Source: TPA_inf: Saccharomyces (Eukaryota). Taken from it: a stretch of DNA of 64,000 nucleotides. Under the pieces are notes generated by a model. That model was not told the origin of the DNA. It saw only the letters and a program-made list of their open reading frames with translations, and did not search any database. Where the stretch lies: NCBI GenBank assembly GCA_000146045.2, contig BK006944.2, forward strand, positions 512,001 through 576,000. Reading direction: 5' to 3'. A program made the position numbers and the translations under genes. This document shows, in pieces, positions 50,547 to 62,933 of this stretch (position 1 is the first letter of the stretch; every line of letters begins with the position of its first letter).

Positions 50547-53138
50547 ATGGGATATGACTCCCAAGTTAGGACAAAAAAACGACATCGAATTACTGTAGTA
50601 TGCACAAATTGCAAAAAAAGGAAAAGTAAGTGCGATCGAACGAAACCATGTGGAACATGTGTACGACTGGGAGATGTGGACAGCTGTGTCTATCTCACCG
50701 ATAGCTCTGGACAACCTGAAAGCAGTCCTTCATTGAATGATGCTGACCCTCTGAGGAAACAATCAACTCCTGCGGAACGAATAAGTCCAGGTTTCATTAA
50801 GAAAAGAAGATCGTCACAGACAAGACAAGACGAAGATCACTGGCAAAGAGTACGAGAACTTGAAAATCAATCATCACTTTATTATCTACCAATTCATGAA
50901 GAAACTCCATTTTTTATTGACCTCATCCCTAATGGGTTTTATTTAGAGACCAAAAGGTCTGCTGATAATTTATTTGGTCTGTTCACGGATAGAGCAATTG
51001 AAAATCGCGACCCCTATCTCCAAGCAATGGTAACATTTAGAAGTATCGCAATCAAAAAAATGATGGATAAATTGGGAAGCAACGGCAATAATGTGAAAAA
51101 TGGAAGCTTGCCTAAATCTTTCGAAGCTTTATCCACTTTCGATGCTGATGACGAACGCCACATTAGCGATGATGTTGTTGGTAAGGGCAATAACTTCCGC
51201 ATGCATCAGACTATTCACAAATCATTGTTTAACAAATTCGCTCAATACAGAGAAAATAATGCTAAAAAATTCAGCTCAGAAACTATATTAGCAAAGGATT
51301 ATTTGCCTCCTTTAAAAATACTTGAAAGTGAGGTTTTAGCACTTTTTGAAGAAAAAATTTACAATATGATACCGATTTTCGATATGAAAGTTTTGCGTCA
51401 TGAAATAACGATATTTTATCAAAATATAGTCGAGAAAGGGAATCCAATTTCTATAAAACACTACGATCATATGGTTTTCTGCATAATCTTGTTGATTATT
51501 AAAATATGCCGACTTTCTGTCCAGTTTTCGAAGCTAACTCCATATATATACCCGGTTCTTCAAGAAATTGATACCTCTAAGTTTTTGGCTCTTGTTAAAC
51601 ACTATTTGTTCGAGACGAAGGTCCTCAGAAAATGTAATTTATTACAGTTGCAATGTCTCATATTACTAAGGTTCTTGCACTGGTGTGCCCCTGAAGATGG
51701 CGATGGACCCGAAACTCAATATTGTCAAATCTTAATGGGGACAATAATATCATCATGTAAAGAAATGGGCATTAACTGGTATTGCTTCTCTCATCCAGAA
51801 AAATATTCATTTAAAATAAACCGACATACGAGGCCTTCATACGATATAATGAAACCTAGCGATTACATTTCAGTTTTCAGAAAGATATGGAGTTATGTTT
51901 TATTTTGGGACAGGAAGATGTGTTTTATTAGCGGTGAAGAATGTCAAATTGGGAAAACCTTGCAGTGCCATTTCAAAGAAGAAGCAGATACACCCACATG
52001 GTATATACGAATGTTAACCCTGGATAACTTGATGAAAAAGATAAACGATACGTTGAACGATGATCCAGGAAAGGTAGATTTGAACTTGTTGCACCGACTA
52101 ATAAATGATTTAAAAAGAAACTTTCATATTTTAAAAAGCCTGTCGAAAAACGAAAAAGAAACAATGCGTCATTTTGATTTCGAAATGGAATGGATAATAG
52201 ATTTATTCTCACTAAGTTTGCTGCACGGAGAAATGATCTTTTATGAATATGACTGCAATATTACAAAATTTTATAAGAGTTTCCAAGATTTGTGGGATAT
52301 GGTCATTCATATCTCAGAGAAGTGCTACAATTACTTTTTTAACAGTGATGCCTTAGAGGTGGATTCATTGACAAAGTTTTATACCAATAGAATCGTGGAA
52401 ATTGTCGCAAACAAAGTTTTGGTCATTGTTCCGGCATTCATTCTCAGAGGAGACCGCTTCAAAACAATTCAGTACGCCGACAAGAAGAAAATGATAGAAT
52501 TTCTTTACGGGGTCTCGTCTGTGTATTTTAACGAATTTGGCTTTGAGTACTATCGTTGTTTTAGAAAAATGTTCACCGCTAAAATTGCCTACAAGATCTT
52601 GAATCGCTCATGTGAAAAAGATGCATGGAGAATTATTTTAAAATTTTTGCTGAATGAATTGAAACTAGAAGATAACGGTGATAGTTATATAGATTACAAC
52701 GATATGAGATTAAATGACATCTGTCCAATAATACTAGAATTTCAGGAGACAGTACAAAAATATGATGGGTATAGGCCAGATATTCTAAGTATATGGAACA
52801 ATGAGTTTTATCCCATAGGTAAATACAACGATGATATGACAGGATTTAAGTTTCAAATGCGCATAAAGGAAATGCAAGAATTCTTGGATATGGAGAAATA
52901 TTCCGACAGGTTTAATATTTTTTCATCCTTTTATGATCACGCCAGTTCACAATTAGCTAAACATACTGAAGTTGATACCAACATAAGCATTACGAATGAA
53001 CAAGTAGCTGAAATTCCGCAAAAAGAACTACTACAACAACCTTTAGCACCCGCTTTGCCTGTTAATGATTTAATTGTCTCAGAGTTTGACGTGATTGAAG
53101 ATATTTTTGATCCTGTGGATTTCGTATCATTTTTTTAA
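50547..53138 (+). CDS. OAF3: Zn2Cys6 binuclear-cluster transcription factor, 863 aa
   Basis: ATG at 50547 gives MGYDSQVRTKKRHRITVVCTNCKKRKSKCDRTKPCGTCVRLGDVDSC (Zn2Cys6 CX2CX6CX5-6CX2CX6-8C). The six extra ORF-track residues come from an upstream start. Confidence 0.9.
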   Translation: MGYDSQVRTKKRHRITVVCTNCKKRKSKCDRTKPCGTCVRLGDVDSCVYLTDSSGQPESSPSLNDADPLRKQSTPAERISPGFIKKRRSSQTRQDEDHWQRVRELENQSSLYYLPIHEETPFFIDLIPNGFYLETKRSADNLFGLFTDRAIENRDPYLQAMVTFRSIAIKKMMDKLGSNGNNVKNGSLPKSFEALSTFDADDERHISDDVVGKGNNFRMHQTIHKSLFNKFAQYRENNAKKFSSETILAKDYLPPLKILESEVLALFEEKIYNMIPIFDMKVLRHEITIFYQNIVEKGNPISIKHYDHMVFCIILLIIKICRLSVQFSKLTPYIYPVLQEIDTSKFLALVKHYLFETKVLRKCNLLQLQCLILLRFLHWCAPEDGDGPETQYCQILMGTIISSCKEMGINWYCFSHPEKYSFKINRHTRPSYDIMKPSDYISVFRKIWSYVLFWDRKMCFISGEECQIGKTLQCHFKEEADTPTWYIRMLTLDNLMKKINDTLNDDPGKVDLNLLHRLINDLKRNFHILKSLSKNEKETMRHFDFEMEWIIDLFSLSLLHGEMIFYEYDCNITKFYKSFQDLWDMVIHISEKCYNYFFNSDALEVDSLTKFYTNRIVEIVANKVLVIVPAFILRGDRFKTIQYADKKKMIEFLYGVSSVYFNEFGFEYYRCFRKMFTAKIAYKILNRSCEKDAWRIILKFLLNELKLEDNGDSYIDYNDMRLNDICPIILEFQETVQKYDGYRPDILSIWNNEFYPIGKYNDDMTGFKFQMRIKEMQEFLDMEKYSDRFNIFSSFYDHASSQLAKHTEVDTNISITNEQVAEIPQKELLQQPLAPALPVNDLIVSEFDVIEDIFDPVDFVSFF

Positions 53139-53298
53139 AGTCAGAGATAAAAGAGACGTATAGGACATATACAATATTCATACCTTTCACTTCCTCCCTA
53201 TTTCATTCGAATTATTTAGTAGCGTTATATATCGCACTACTTTATTCATATATGTATATATACAGAGTCTGAGAAGAAGGAAAAGATCACACGTTCAA

Positions 53299-53892
53299 TC
53301 ACAAAAATTCTTTGGCTTTCTTTGCGTAAGCGTGACAATCTCTTAACCATTGCTTATATTCCTTTAAGGAACCTATCTTTTCACCGTAATAATCTGGAAC
53401 AGGATTACTGAAACTTTGAGAAGAGGCATCGACCCTGTTATTGATGATATGTTTTAGAAACTCTTTATTTTTGTTGTTGAACTGTGCCAATTGTTGGTTA
53501 TGGGAAAGTTTGAAAACTTGCGAACCAACTATCGGACCCAACAAGTAGCCTAGTGCACCAGAGGCTATTATCCCAGCTGAAATTACAGTTAATGGGTCGA
53601 ATCCGAATAGCATTTGAGTCGGGTCTATTTCCATTGTGGAAAGGTAAGCCCATGAAACGTTACAGCCCAAAAGAGCAGTAAACAGCGAAGAACCAACATT
53701 GATTCTACGCTGCTGTTTCCTCAATTTGAAAAAATCAGACCATGTCAAGATACTGGAGTCTTGAAGGGATGCGGGCTGAGAATATGATCTTAAGGGTAAG
53801 GTTGTAGCAGTCGAGCGCAATGCCGCAGCGGTGACAGAAGGTTGACTAGCGAACAGTCTTTGCGATGACAATCTAATGGCACTGGTAAACAT
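53299..53892 (-). CDS. PAM17: Mitochondrial presequence-translocase-associated motor subunit Pam17, 197 aa
   Basis: ATG (cat at 53890-53892) gives MFTSAIRLSSQRLFASQPSVTAAALRSTATTLPLRSYS... with two TM segments. Confidence 0.92.
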   Translation of the reverse strand: MFTSAIRLSSQRLFASQPSVTAAALRSTATTLPLRSYSQPASLQDSSILTWSDFFKLRKQQRRINVGSSLFTALLGCNVSWAYLSTMEIDPTQMLFGFDPLTVISAGIIASGALGYLLGPIVGSQVFKLSHNQQLAQFNNKNKEFLKHIINNRVDASSQSFSNPVPDYYGEKIGSLKEYKQWLRDCHAYAKKAKEFL

Positions 53893-54112
53893 TTTGAAGA
53901 GGCGGACAATGTTTTCTGAATGTTTTTAACACTTCTTTGAACATAGTTTCCCTTATGATATACCATTGTATGGCTTTCCATTTTTCATAGACGTACCGTA
54001 CAAACGTATTAGATGATATTCAGAAAAAAGCATAAGCCTAAATAATAATAAATATAATAAATAGATAAATAATACGAAATATAACCAATAAATAATATCT
54101 TTCCTCAGTGAC

Positions 54113-55243
<1,131 letters not shown>

Positions 55244-55327
55244 TCATGTTCTTGAGTTAGCGAGCGTGTACAATAGTCTCTGCTTAAGTACTTTTCGCTC
55301 CAGGGTCCTTTCCTAAATTGGTAACAG

Positions 55328-55341
55328 CCGGCTTGGGCCGG
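55328..55341. promoter_or_regulatory. GC-rich palindrome CCGGCTTGGGCCGG containing a CGG-N6-CCG inverted triplet (Zn-cluster-factor-type site) in the CCP1/GPT2 divergent promoter
   Basis: ccggcttgggccgg. CGG/CCG half-sites separated by 6 nt. This is unusual GC content for a yeast intergenic region. Confidence 0.3.
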
Positions 55342-55917
55342 CCCCTGGATGCCAAGAGAGTCATATTACTCAGTACTCAGGACCAAATAACTCATCGCTG
55401 TCGTTGGTAAAGAAAACTACAAATCTGGGCCTGACCATGGTTTACGAAATTCCTGACAAAGCAGGATATTCTTTGGCTTTGGAATTTCCATTGGCGAGAT
55501 CTAGCTGCGGGAGAAATCATCCCGACATTATGTAAGCTACATAGGTCGCTGAAGTGTAGTCGCCACACGGCAGCGCTAAATGATAACTAGTAATTGGTGT
55601 GGAGCGACCACATTTTCGCATCGATCCAAGCTCGTCTTTTGGCTTTCTTGGCTATTCTTACTAGTTATATTGAATTATTACAGCTCTTGCTGGAACACCA
55701 GTAACCCGCCGTTGCTCCGCATTTTCGAAGTAAATGGCTCACTTTGATTGTAAGGTTGAGAGGAGTAATAAAGAGGGGAGAGAAAAGAGGAGAGACCCTG
55801 AAGAAGTGGCAGCTTGAGTATAAGATAGTGTCTTTTCGTGCTTCGTCGCTAGAGCAAAATTCTACTTTCACATCTAATAAAGCCGATTAATCGATCAGTT
55901 ATTGCTCCCTTTCCTTT

Positions 55918-58149
55918 ATGTCTGCTCCCGCTGCCGATCATAACGCTGCCAAACCTATTCCTCATGTACCTCAAGCGTCCCGACGGTACAAAAATTCATA
56001 CAATGGATTCGTATACAATATACATACATGGCTGTATGATGTGTCTGTATTTCTGTTTAATATTTTGTTCACTATTTTCTTCAGAGAAATTAAGGTACGT
56101 GGTGCATATAACGTTCCCGAAGTTGGGGTGCCAACCATCCTTGTGTGTGCCCCTCATGCAAATCAGTTCATCGACCCGGCTTTGGTAATGTCGCAAACCC
56201 GTTTGCTGAAGACATCAGCGGGAAAGTCCCGATCCAGAATGCCTTGTTTTGTTACTGCTGAGTCGAGTTTTAAGAAAAGATTTATCTCTTTCTTTGGTCA
56301 CGCAATGGGCGGTATTCCCGTGCCTAGAATTCAGGACAACTTGAAGCCAGTGGATGAGAATCTTGAGATTTACGCTCCGGACTTGAAGAACCACCCGGAA
56401 ATCATCAAGGGCCGCTCCAAGAACCCACAGACTACACCAGTGAACTTTACGAAAAGGTTTTCTGCCAAGTCCTTGCTTGGATTGCCCGACTACTTAAGTA
56501 ATGCTCAAATCAAGGAAATCCCGGATGATGAAACGATAATCTTGTCCTCTCCATTCAGAACATCGAAATCAAAAGTGGTGGAGCTCTTGACTAATGGTAC
56601 TAATTTTAAATATGCAGAGAAAATCGACAATACGGAAACTTTCCAGAGTGTTTTTGATCACTTGCATACGAAGGGCTGTGTAGGTATTTTCCCCGAGGGT
56701 GGTTCTCATGACCGTCCTTCGTTACTACCCATCAAGGCAGGTGTTGCCATTATGGCTCTGGGCGCAGTAGCCGCTGATCCTACCATGAAAGTTGCTGTTG
56801 TACCCTGTGGTTTGCATTATTTCCACAGAAATAAATTCAGATCTAGAGCTGTTTTAGAATACGGCGAACCTATAGTGGTGGATGGGAAATATGGCGAAAT
56901 GTATAAGGACTCCCCACGTGAGACCGTTTCCAAACTACTAAAAAAGATCACCAATTCTTTGTTTTCTGTTACCGAAAATGCTCCAGATTACGATACTTTG
57001 ATGGTCATTCAGGCTGCCAGAAGACTATATCAACCGGTAAAAGTCAGGCTACCTTTGCCTGCCATTGTAGAAATCAACAGAAGGTTACTTTTCGGTTATT
57101 CCAAGTTTAAAGATGATCCAAGAATTATTCACTTAAAAAAACTGGTATATGACTACAACAGGAAATTAGATTCAGTGGGTTTAAAAGACCATCAGGTGAT
57201 GCAATTAAAAACTACCAAATTAGAAGCATTGAGGTGCTTTGTAACTTTGATCGTTCGATTGATTAAATTTTCTGTCTTTGCTATACTATCGTTACCGGGT
57301 TCTATTCTCTTCACTCCAATTTTCATTATTTGTCGCGTATACTCAGAAAAGAAGGCCAAAGAGGGTTTAAAGAAATCATTGGTTAAAATTAAGGGTACCG
57401 ATTTGTTGGCCACATGGAAACTTATCGTGGCGTTAATATTGGCACCAATTTTATACGTTACTTACTCGATCTTGTTGATTATTTTGGCAAGAAAACAACA
57501 CTATTGTCGCATCTGGGTTCCTTCCAATAACGCATTCATACAATTTGTCTATTTTTATGCGTTATTGGTTTTCACCACGTATTCCTCTTTAAAGACCGGT
57601 GAAATCGGTGTTGACCTTTTCAAATCTTTAAGACCACTTTTTGTTTCTATTGTTTACCCCGGTAAGAAGATCGAAGAAATCCAAACAACAAGAAAGAATT
57701 TAAGTCTAGAGTTGACTGCTGTTTGTAACGATTTAGGACCTTTGGTTTTCCCTGATTACGATAAATTAGCGACTGAGATATTCTCTAAGAGAGACGGTTA
57801 TGATGTCTCTTCTGATGCAGAGTCTTCTATAAGTCGTATGAGTGTACAATCTAGAAGCCGCTCTTCTTCTATACATTCTATTGGCTCGCTAGCTTCTAAC
57901 GCCCTATCAAGAGTGAATTCAAGAGGCTCGTTGACCGATATTCCAATTTTTTCTGATGCAAAGCAAGGTCAATGGAAAAGTGAAGGTGAAACTAGTGAGG
58001 ATGAGGATGAATTTGATGAGAAAAATCCTGCCATAGTACAAACCGCACGAAGTTCTGATCTAAATAAGGAAAACAGTCGCAACACAAATATATCTTCGAA
58101 GATTGCTTCGCTGGTAAGACAGAAAAGAGAACACGAAAAGAAAGAATGA
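55918..58149 (+). CDS. GPT2: Glycerol-3-phosphate / DHAP sn-1 acyltransferase, 743 aa
   Basis: ATG at 55918. The ORF has the acyltransferase motif I (APHANQFIDP) and motif III (IFPEGGSHDR), plus a Ser-rich C-terminal regulatory tail. Confidence 0.93.
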   Translation: MSAPAADHNAAKPIPHVPQASRRYKNSYNGFVYNIHTWLYDVSVFLFNILFTIFFREIKVRGAYNVPEVGVPTILVCAPHANQFIDPALVMSQTRLLKTSAGKSRSRMPCFVTAESSFKKRFISFFGHAMGGIPVPRIQDNLKPVDENLEIYAPDLKNHPEIIKGRSKNPQTTPVNFTKRFSAKSLLGLPDYLSNAQIKEIPDDETIILSSPFRTSKSKVVELLTNGTNFKYAEKIDNTETFQSVFDHLHTKGCVGIFPEGGSHDRPSLLPIKAGVAIMALGAVAADPTMKVAVVPCGLHYFHRNKFRSRAVLEYGEPIVVDGKYGEMYKDSPRETVSKLLKKITNSLFSVTENAPDYDTLMVIQAARRLYQPVKVRLPLPAIVEINRRLLFGYSKFKDDPRIIHLKKLVYDYNRKLDSVGLKDHQVMQLKTTKLEALRCFVTLIVRLIKFSVFAILSLPGSILFTPIFIICRVYSEKKAKEGLKKSLVKIKGTDLLATWKLIVALILAPILYVTYSILLIILARKQHYCRIWVPSNNAFIQFVYFYALLVFTTYSSLKTGEIGVDLFKSLRPLFVSIVYPGKKIEEIQTTRKNLSLELTAVCNDLGPLVFPDYDKLATEIFSKRDGYDVSSDAESSISRMSVQSRSRSSSIHSIGSLASNALSRVNSRGSLTDIPIFSDAKQGQWKSEGETSEDEDEFDEKNPAIVQTARSSDLNKENSRNTNISSKIASLVRQKREHEKKE

Positions 58150-58327
58150 TCAAAAAATAGAAAAATAAAAAAAAAAGCATTTGACAATGTTTGTAAATAA
58201 TATAATATGAAAGTAACTACTGAACAAAAACATTAAGGATAACATTTCTACGTAGGAAAATAATGTATACCTAAATAACGACACCAATAATAACAAAAAT
58301 CACGAAAAAAAAAAGCTTACATGTCCA

Positions 58328-58909
58328 CTAATCTTCGCCGATCGGTATTTCGTCTTTTAAAATTCTATTTAACTTAACCTTGATCTCCGTCTGAGAGTCT
58401 CCTCTCAAGATATCCGACACAAACCAGACATCACAATCCAGCTGCACCATTTCAAGTGACCCTTTCAAAACACCACACAATATATTGGAATACCAGAGCG
58501 ATTTCATAGCGTCCATGGGTAACTCCACAAAGTCAGCCAATGGGTTTTCATCCAAAATCAATGAAAAAGTATCCTTGTTATGCGACCAGTTCGTTATGTT
58601 GGGTGTGATGTTTAAAAATATTTTGAATGCACACTTACTTAGTACTTCGCTTGTCTTCACTAAATTCTCACAGCGTGGCAATGCCGTTCTAGCCAAGAAA
58701 TCCTCAATAAGTCTACACCCAATATTATATCCCATGCTATACAAATGATCATTCACTTTGTTAAAGTCCCGTTCATAATCTTGGCACAATTGTGCCACTA
58801 TGGACCCATATGTTAGCGTAAATAATTCTGTATTAATTTTTTCTGTTTTATTTTTCCAGATCTCTTCTCCCATGGCCTTCAAAGACCTCGATTGCGTGGT
58901 AGAAACCAT
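58328..58909 (-). CDS. BET3: TRAPP complex core subunit Bet3, 193 aa
   Basis: ATG (cat at 58907-58909) gives MVSTTQSRSLKAMGEEIWKNKTEKINTELFTLTYGSIVAQLCQDYE... The eight extra ORF-track residues come from an upstream start. Confidence 0.9.
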   Translation of the reverse strand: MVSTTQSRSLKAMGEEIWKNKTEKINTELFTLTYGSIVAQLCQDYERDFNKVNDHLYSMGYNIGCRLIEDFLARTALPRCENLVKTSEVLSKCAFKIFLNITPNITNWSHNKDTFSLILDENPLADFVELPMDAMKSLWYSNILCGVLKGSLEMVQLDCDVWFVSDILRGDSQTEIKVKLNRILKDEIPIGED

Positions 58910-59611
58910 TTTTGACCCAGTTTTGGTTATCAATGAACACTTGAAGCTTTACTCTGCATTCCCATCTCTATAGCTATGGGTAATCACAGCTACGATCACT
59001 TACTCTGTTATTATTATATTAAGTTCAATGTTGGCCAAACCGGGTAACATGTAACACTTTCAGGTTGGCCTTACCTTTGGCTTGGAGTTTCGCAAGTTTT
59101 CAAATTTTTGGCTCCTGCTGTCAAGGTGCATAGAATAGCGCTTATTTATCTATTTATATCCAAGATGTACAATCCTCGTTCTCTGAGTCCAACATATTTG
59201 CTCGCAACTGTAGAAATCACAACTACAGCAACAGTAAAGATATCATTTTCTATTTTCGTTATTGGTTTCTCGACCTTTTTATATACGATACGTCAAACTT
59301 GAATCATTTTATACGTTTTTCTCTTTCTAGAAATGCCATTATGCACGTGACATTACAAATTGTGGTGAAAAAAGGCTCTCATAATAAACTGTGAACGGAC
59401 TCATAATGAAATTTGCTTCACTATGTGAATCATCGCTAATAAACTCGCTACAAAAGTCGAGTATGCTTAAGTCAAAAAAATGATATATATATATAATTTA
59501 CTTATGTGTTTCTGCAAAGTTGTAGGCTTCATTTAGAATTGCTCAGATATTCCATCCCAATTAAAAAAAGCACGGATAGAGTGATAAATAAACTAAGAAA
59601 ATTTCAAAAGA

Positions 59612-61393
59612 ATGGTACGAGACTTAGTGACATTGCCTTCATCACTGCCCTTGATTACTGCTGGTTTTGCTACTGATCAGGTTCATTTGCTTATTGGTAC
59701 AGGGTCCACGGACTCAGTAAGCGTTTGTAAGAATAGAATCCACTCCATTTTGAATGCTGGTGGTAATCCCATAGTAGTGAATCCCTCGTCACCAAGCCAT
59801 ACTAAACAATTACAATTGGAATTTGGTAAGTTTGCAAAGTTCGAAATAGTAGAAAGGGAGTTTAGGTTATCTGATTTAACTACTTTGGGGAGAGTTCTGG
59901 TATGCAAGGTAGTGGATAGAGTATTCGTAGATCTACCCATAACACAAAGTCGCCTATGCGAGGAGATCTTTTGGCAATGCCAAAAACTGAGAATTCCCAT
60001 AAATACATTCCACAAACCAGAGTTTTCTACCTTCAATATGATTCCTACGTGGGTCGACCCAAAAGGAAGTGGTTTACAAATCTCAGTTACTACGAATGGG
60101 AATGGATACATCTTGGCAAACAGGATAAAAAGAGATATAATATCACACTTACCTCCAAACATATCTGAGGTGGTGATAAACATGGGGTATTTGAAAGACC
60201 GTATTATAAACGAAGACCATAAGGCCTTGTTAGAGGAAAAGTACTACCAGACTGACATGTCATTACCTGGATTTGGCTACGGCTTAGATGAGGACGGTTG
60301 GGAGAGCCATAAGTTTAATAAGCTAATTCGTGAATTTGAAATGACCAGTAGAGAACAGAGACTTAAGAGAACCAGATGGTTATCTCAGATAATGGAGTAT
60401 TACCCGATGAACAAGCTGAGTGACATCAAGTTGGAAGATTTCGAGACTTCATCTTCTCCAAATAAAAAGACAAAGCAGGAAACTGTCACAGAGGGTGTAG
60501 TACCTCCTACCGATGAAAATATTGAAAACGGTACAAAACAACTACAATTATCGGAAGTGAAAAAAGAGGAGGGACCTAAAAAACTAGGGAAGATTTCTTT
60601 AGTCGGAAGTGGTCCAGGCTCGGTATCTATGCTAACGATAGGTGCATTACAAGAAATAAAGTCTGCAGATATAATACTGGCAGATAAACTGGTACCGCAA
60701 GCCATTTTAGATTTAATACCTCCAAAAACTGAAACCTTCATAGCCAAAAAATTTCCCGGTAATGCAGAACGAGCACAACAGGAATTACTAGCTAAAGGTT
60801 TAGAATCGTTGGATAATGGATTGAAAGTAGTCCGTTTGAAGCAAGGTGATCCGTATATTTTTGGCCGTGGTGGCGAGGAATTTAATTTCTTCAAAGATCA
60901 CGGATATATTCCTGTGGTTTTACCGGGCATAAGCTCATCCCTAGCTTGTACTGTATTGGCTCAGATACCCGCTACTCAACGTGATATAGCAGACCAAGTG
61001 CTCATATGTACTGGGACTGGGAGAAAGGGCGCTCTGCCTATAATTCCTGAATTTGTTGAAAGCAGAACCACCGTCTTTCTAATGGCACTGCATCGCGCCA
61101 ACGTTCTGATCACGGGATTATTGAAGCATGGCTGGGATGGTGATGTCCCCGCTGCAATTGTCGAGAGAGGATCGTGCCCTGACCAGCGTGTTACTAGAAC
61201 TCTTCTTAAATGGGTACCAGAAGTCGTGGAGGAGATTGGTTCAAGGCCCCCCGGTGTCTTGGTTGTAGGCAAGGCTGTGAATGCATTGGTTGAAAAAGAT
61301 CTGATAAATTTTGACGAATCAAGAAAATTTGTCATTGATGAAGGTTTTAGAGAATTTGAGGTTGATGTAGATAGTCTATTTAAGTTATACTAA
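59612..61393 (+). CDS. MET1: Uroporphyrinogen-III C-methyltransferase for siroheme synthesis, 593 aa
   Basis: ATG at 59612. The C-terminal SUMT domain (LVGSGPGSVSMLTIGALQEIKSADIILADKLV, GDPYIFGRGGEE) sits on a long yeast-specific N-terminal extension. Confidence 0.92.
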   Translation: MVRDLVTLPSSLPLITAGFATDQVHLLIGTGSTDSVSVCKNRIHSILNAGGNPIVVNPSSPSHTKQLQLEFGKFAKFEIVEREFRLSDLTTLGRVLVCKVVDRVFVDLPITQSRLCEEIFWQCQKLRIPINTFHKPEFSTFNMIPTWVDPKGSGLQISVTTNGNGYILANRIKRDIISHLPPNISEVVINMGYLKDRIINEDHKALLEEKYYQTDMSLPGFGYGLDEDGWESHKFNKLIREFEMTSREQRLKRTRWLSQIMEYYPMNKLSDIKLEDFETSSSPNKKTKQETVTEGVVPPTDENIENGTKQLQLSEVKKEEGPKKLGKISLVGSGPGSVSMLTIGALQEIKSADIILADKLVPQAILDLIPPKTETFIAKKFPGNAERAQQELLAKGLESLDNGLKVVRLKQGDPYIFGRGGEEFNFFKDHGYIPVVLPGISSSLACTVLAQIPATQRDIADQVLICTGTGRKGALPIIPEFVESRTTVFLMALHRANVLITGLLKHGWDGDVPAAIVERGSCPDQRVTRTLLKWVPEVVEEIGSRPPGVLVVGKAVNALVEKDLINFDESRKFVIDEGFREFEVDVDSLFKLY

Positions 61394-61573
61394 TATGTAT
61401 ATAAAGACAAGATATCATTCAAACGCTGACGTTAAAGTTTTAAGGTTAATCGTGTATGCATTATGTTCTAGATTCATCAACACTGGATATTGAGCAAAAA
61501 GGACGTATCCGAGGCCCGAAAAGGTCCTTCAACCAAGTCGTCAAAATATTGGCAAGCCAAAAGAGCAGCGAGA

Positions 61574-62632
61574 ATGATTGGCAAACGGTTTTTCCAAACA
61601 ACAAGTAAAAAGATTGCTTTTGCATTCGATATTGATGGTGTGTTGTTCAGGGGCAAAAAGCCAATTGCTGGTGCCAGCGACGCATTGAAGCTGTTGAACC
61701 GAAATAAAATTCCATATATTTTACTCACTAATGGTGGAGGGTTCTCTGAAAGGGCACGGACAGAGTTTATCTCGAGTAAATTGGACGTTGATGTATCACC
61801 CTTGCAAATTATTCAAAGTCATACTCCTTACAAGTCCCTTGTTAACAAATATTCAAGGATCTTGGCCGTTGGTACACCTTCCGTGAGAGGCGTTGCAGAA
61901 GGCTACGGATTTCAAGATGTTGTTCACCAAACGGATATTGTAAGATACAATAGGGACATTGCACCATTTAGTGGGCTATCTGATGAACAAGTGATGGAGT
62001 ACTCAAGGGATATTCCAGATTTAACCACTAAGAAATTCGATGCCGTCTTGGTATTTAACGATCCTCATGATTGGGCTGCCGATATACAAATCATCTCAGA
62101 TGCAATCAACAGCGAAAATGGGATGTTAAATACCTTGAGAAACGAAAAGAGTGGCAAACCTTCCATCCCCATTTACTTTTCGAACCAGGATTTACTGTGG
62201 GCCAATCCTTATAAATTGAATAGATTTGGACAAGGTGCCTTCCGCTTACTAGTTAGAAGGCTTTATCTCGAGTTAAATGGTGAACCCTTGCAAGATTATA
62301 CTTTGGGTAAGCCTACAAAGTTGACTTATGATTTCGCTCATCATGTTCTCATTGATTGGGAAAAAAGACTAAGCGGGAAAATAGGCCAATCTGTGAAGCA
62401 AAAACTGCCACTCTTAGGCACGAAACCTTCAACTTCTCCATTCCATGCGGTTTTTATGGTAGGTGATAATCCTGCAAGTGACATCATTGGAGCTCAAAAT
62501 TACGGTTGGAACAGTTGTTTGGTGAAGACAGGTGTGTATAACGAAGGTGATGACTTAAAGGAATGTAAGCCTACCTTGATCGTGAATGATGTATTTGATG
62601 CGGTTACTAAAACGTTAGAAAAGTACGCATGA
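61574..62632 (+). CDS. YKR070W: HAD-superfamily (CECR5-like) hydrolase, 352 aa
   Basis: Starts MIGKRFFQTTSKKIAFAFDIDGVLFRGKKPI (HAD motif I DxDGV); GDNPASD (motif IV). The ORF-track start at 61490 is a further upstream in-frame ATG. The 352-aa form is chosen from memory of the annotation. Confidence 0.75.
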   Translation: MIGKRFFQTTSKKIAFAFDIDGVLFRGKKPIAGASDALKLLNRNKIPYILLTNGGGFSERARTEFISSKLDVDVSPLQIIQSHTPYKSLVNKYSRILAVGTPSVRGVAEGYGFQDVVHQTDIVRYNRDIAPFSGLSDEQVMEYSRDIPDLTTKKFDAVLVFNDPHDWAADIQIISDAINSENGMLNTLRNEKSGKPSIPIYFSNQDLLWANPYKLNRFGQGAFRLLVRRLYLELNGEPLQDYTLGKPTKLTYDFAHHVLIDWEKRLSGKIGQSVKQKLPLLGTKPSTSPFHAVFMVGDNPASDIIGAQNYGWNSCLVKTGVYNEGDDLKECKPTLIVNDVFDAVTKTLEKYA

Positions 62633-62933
62633 AAGACTACTATGGAATATCTTTTCCTGCCTTTGAGCTGTACTGTTATGATAGATTTATTAATAGCTTA
62701 AACGCTTTTACAAAATATATGCAATATACATAACGGGTTAAATAATGGGTTGGGAAATTGGTAATCACGGTATAATGAGTACCTGTTTTCTTCTATTTAA
62801 AAAAATAAAAACTACCAACTCTTTTTGGTAAAATTAGTAACCTACCAAAGTCAATCGATCAATGCATCTAAAAAAATTCACCTTCACCAAAGTAGACCAA
62901 TTGACGTCATTTACTGAAACGAATGTGCAGGGT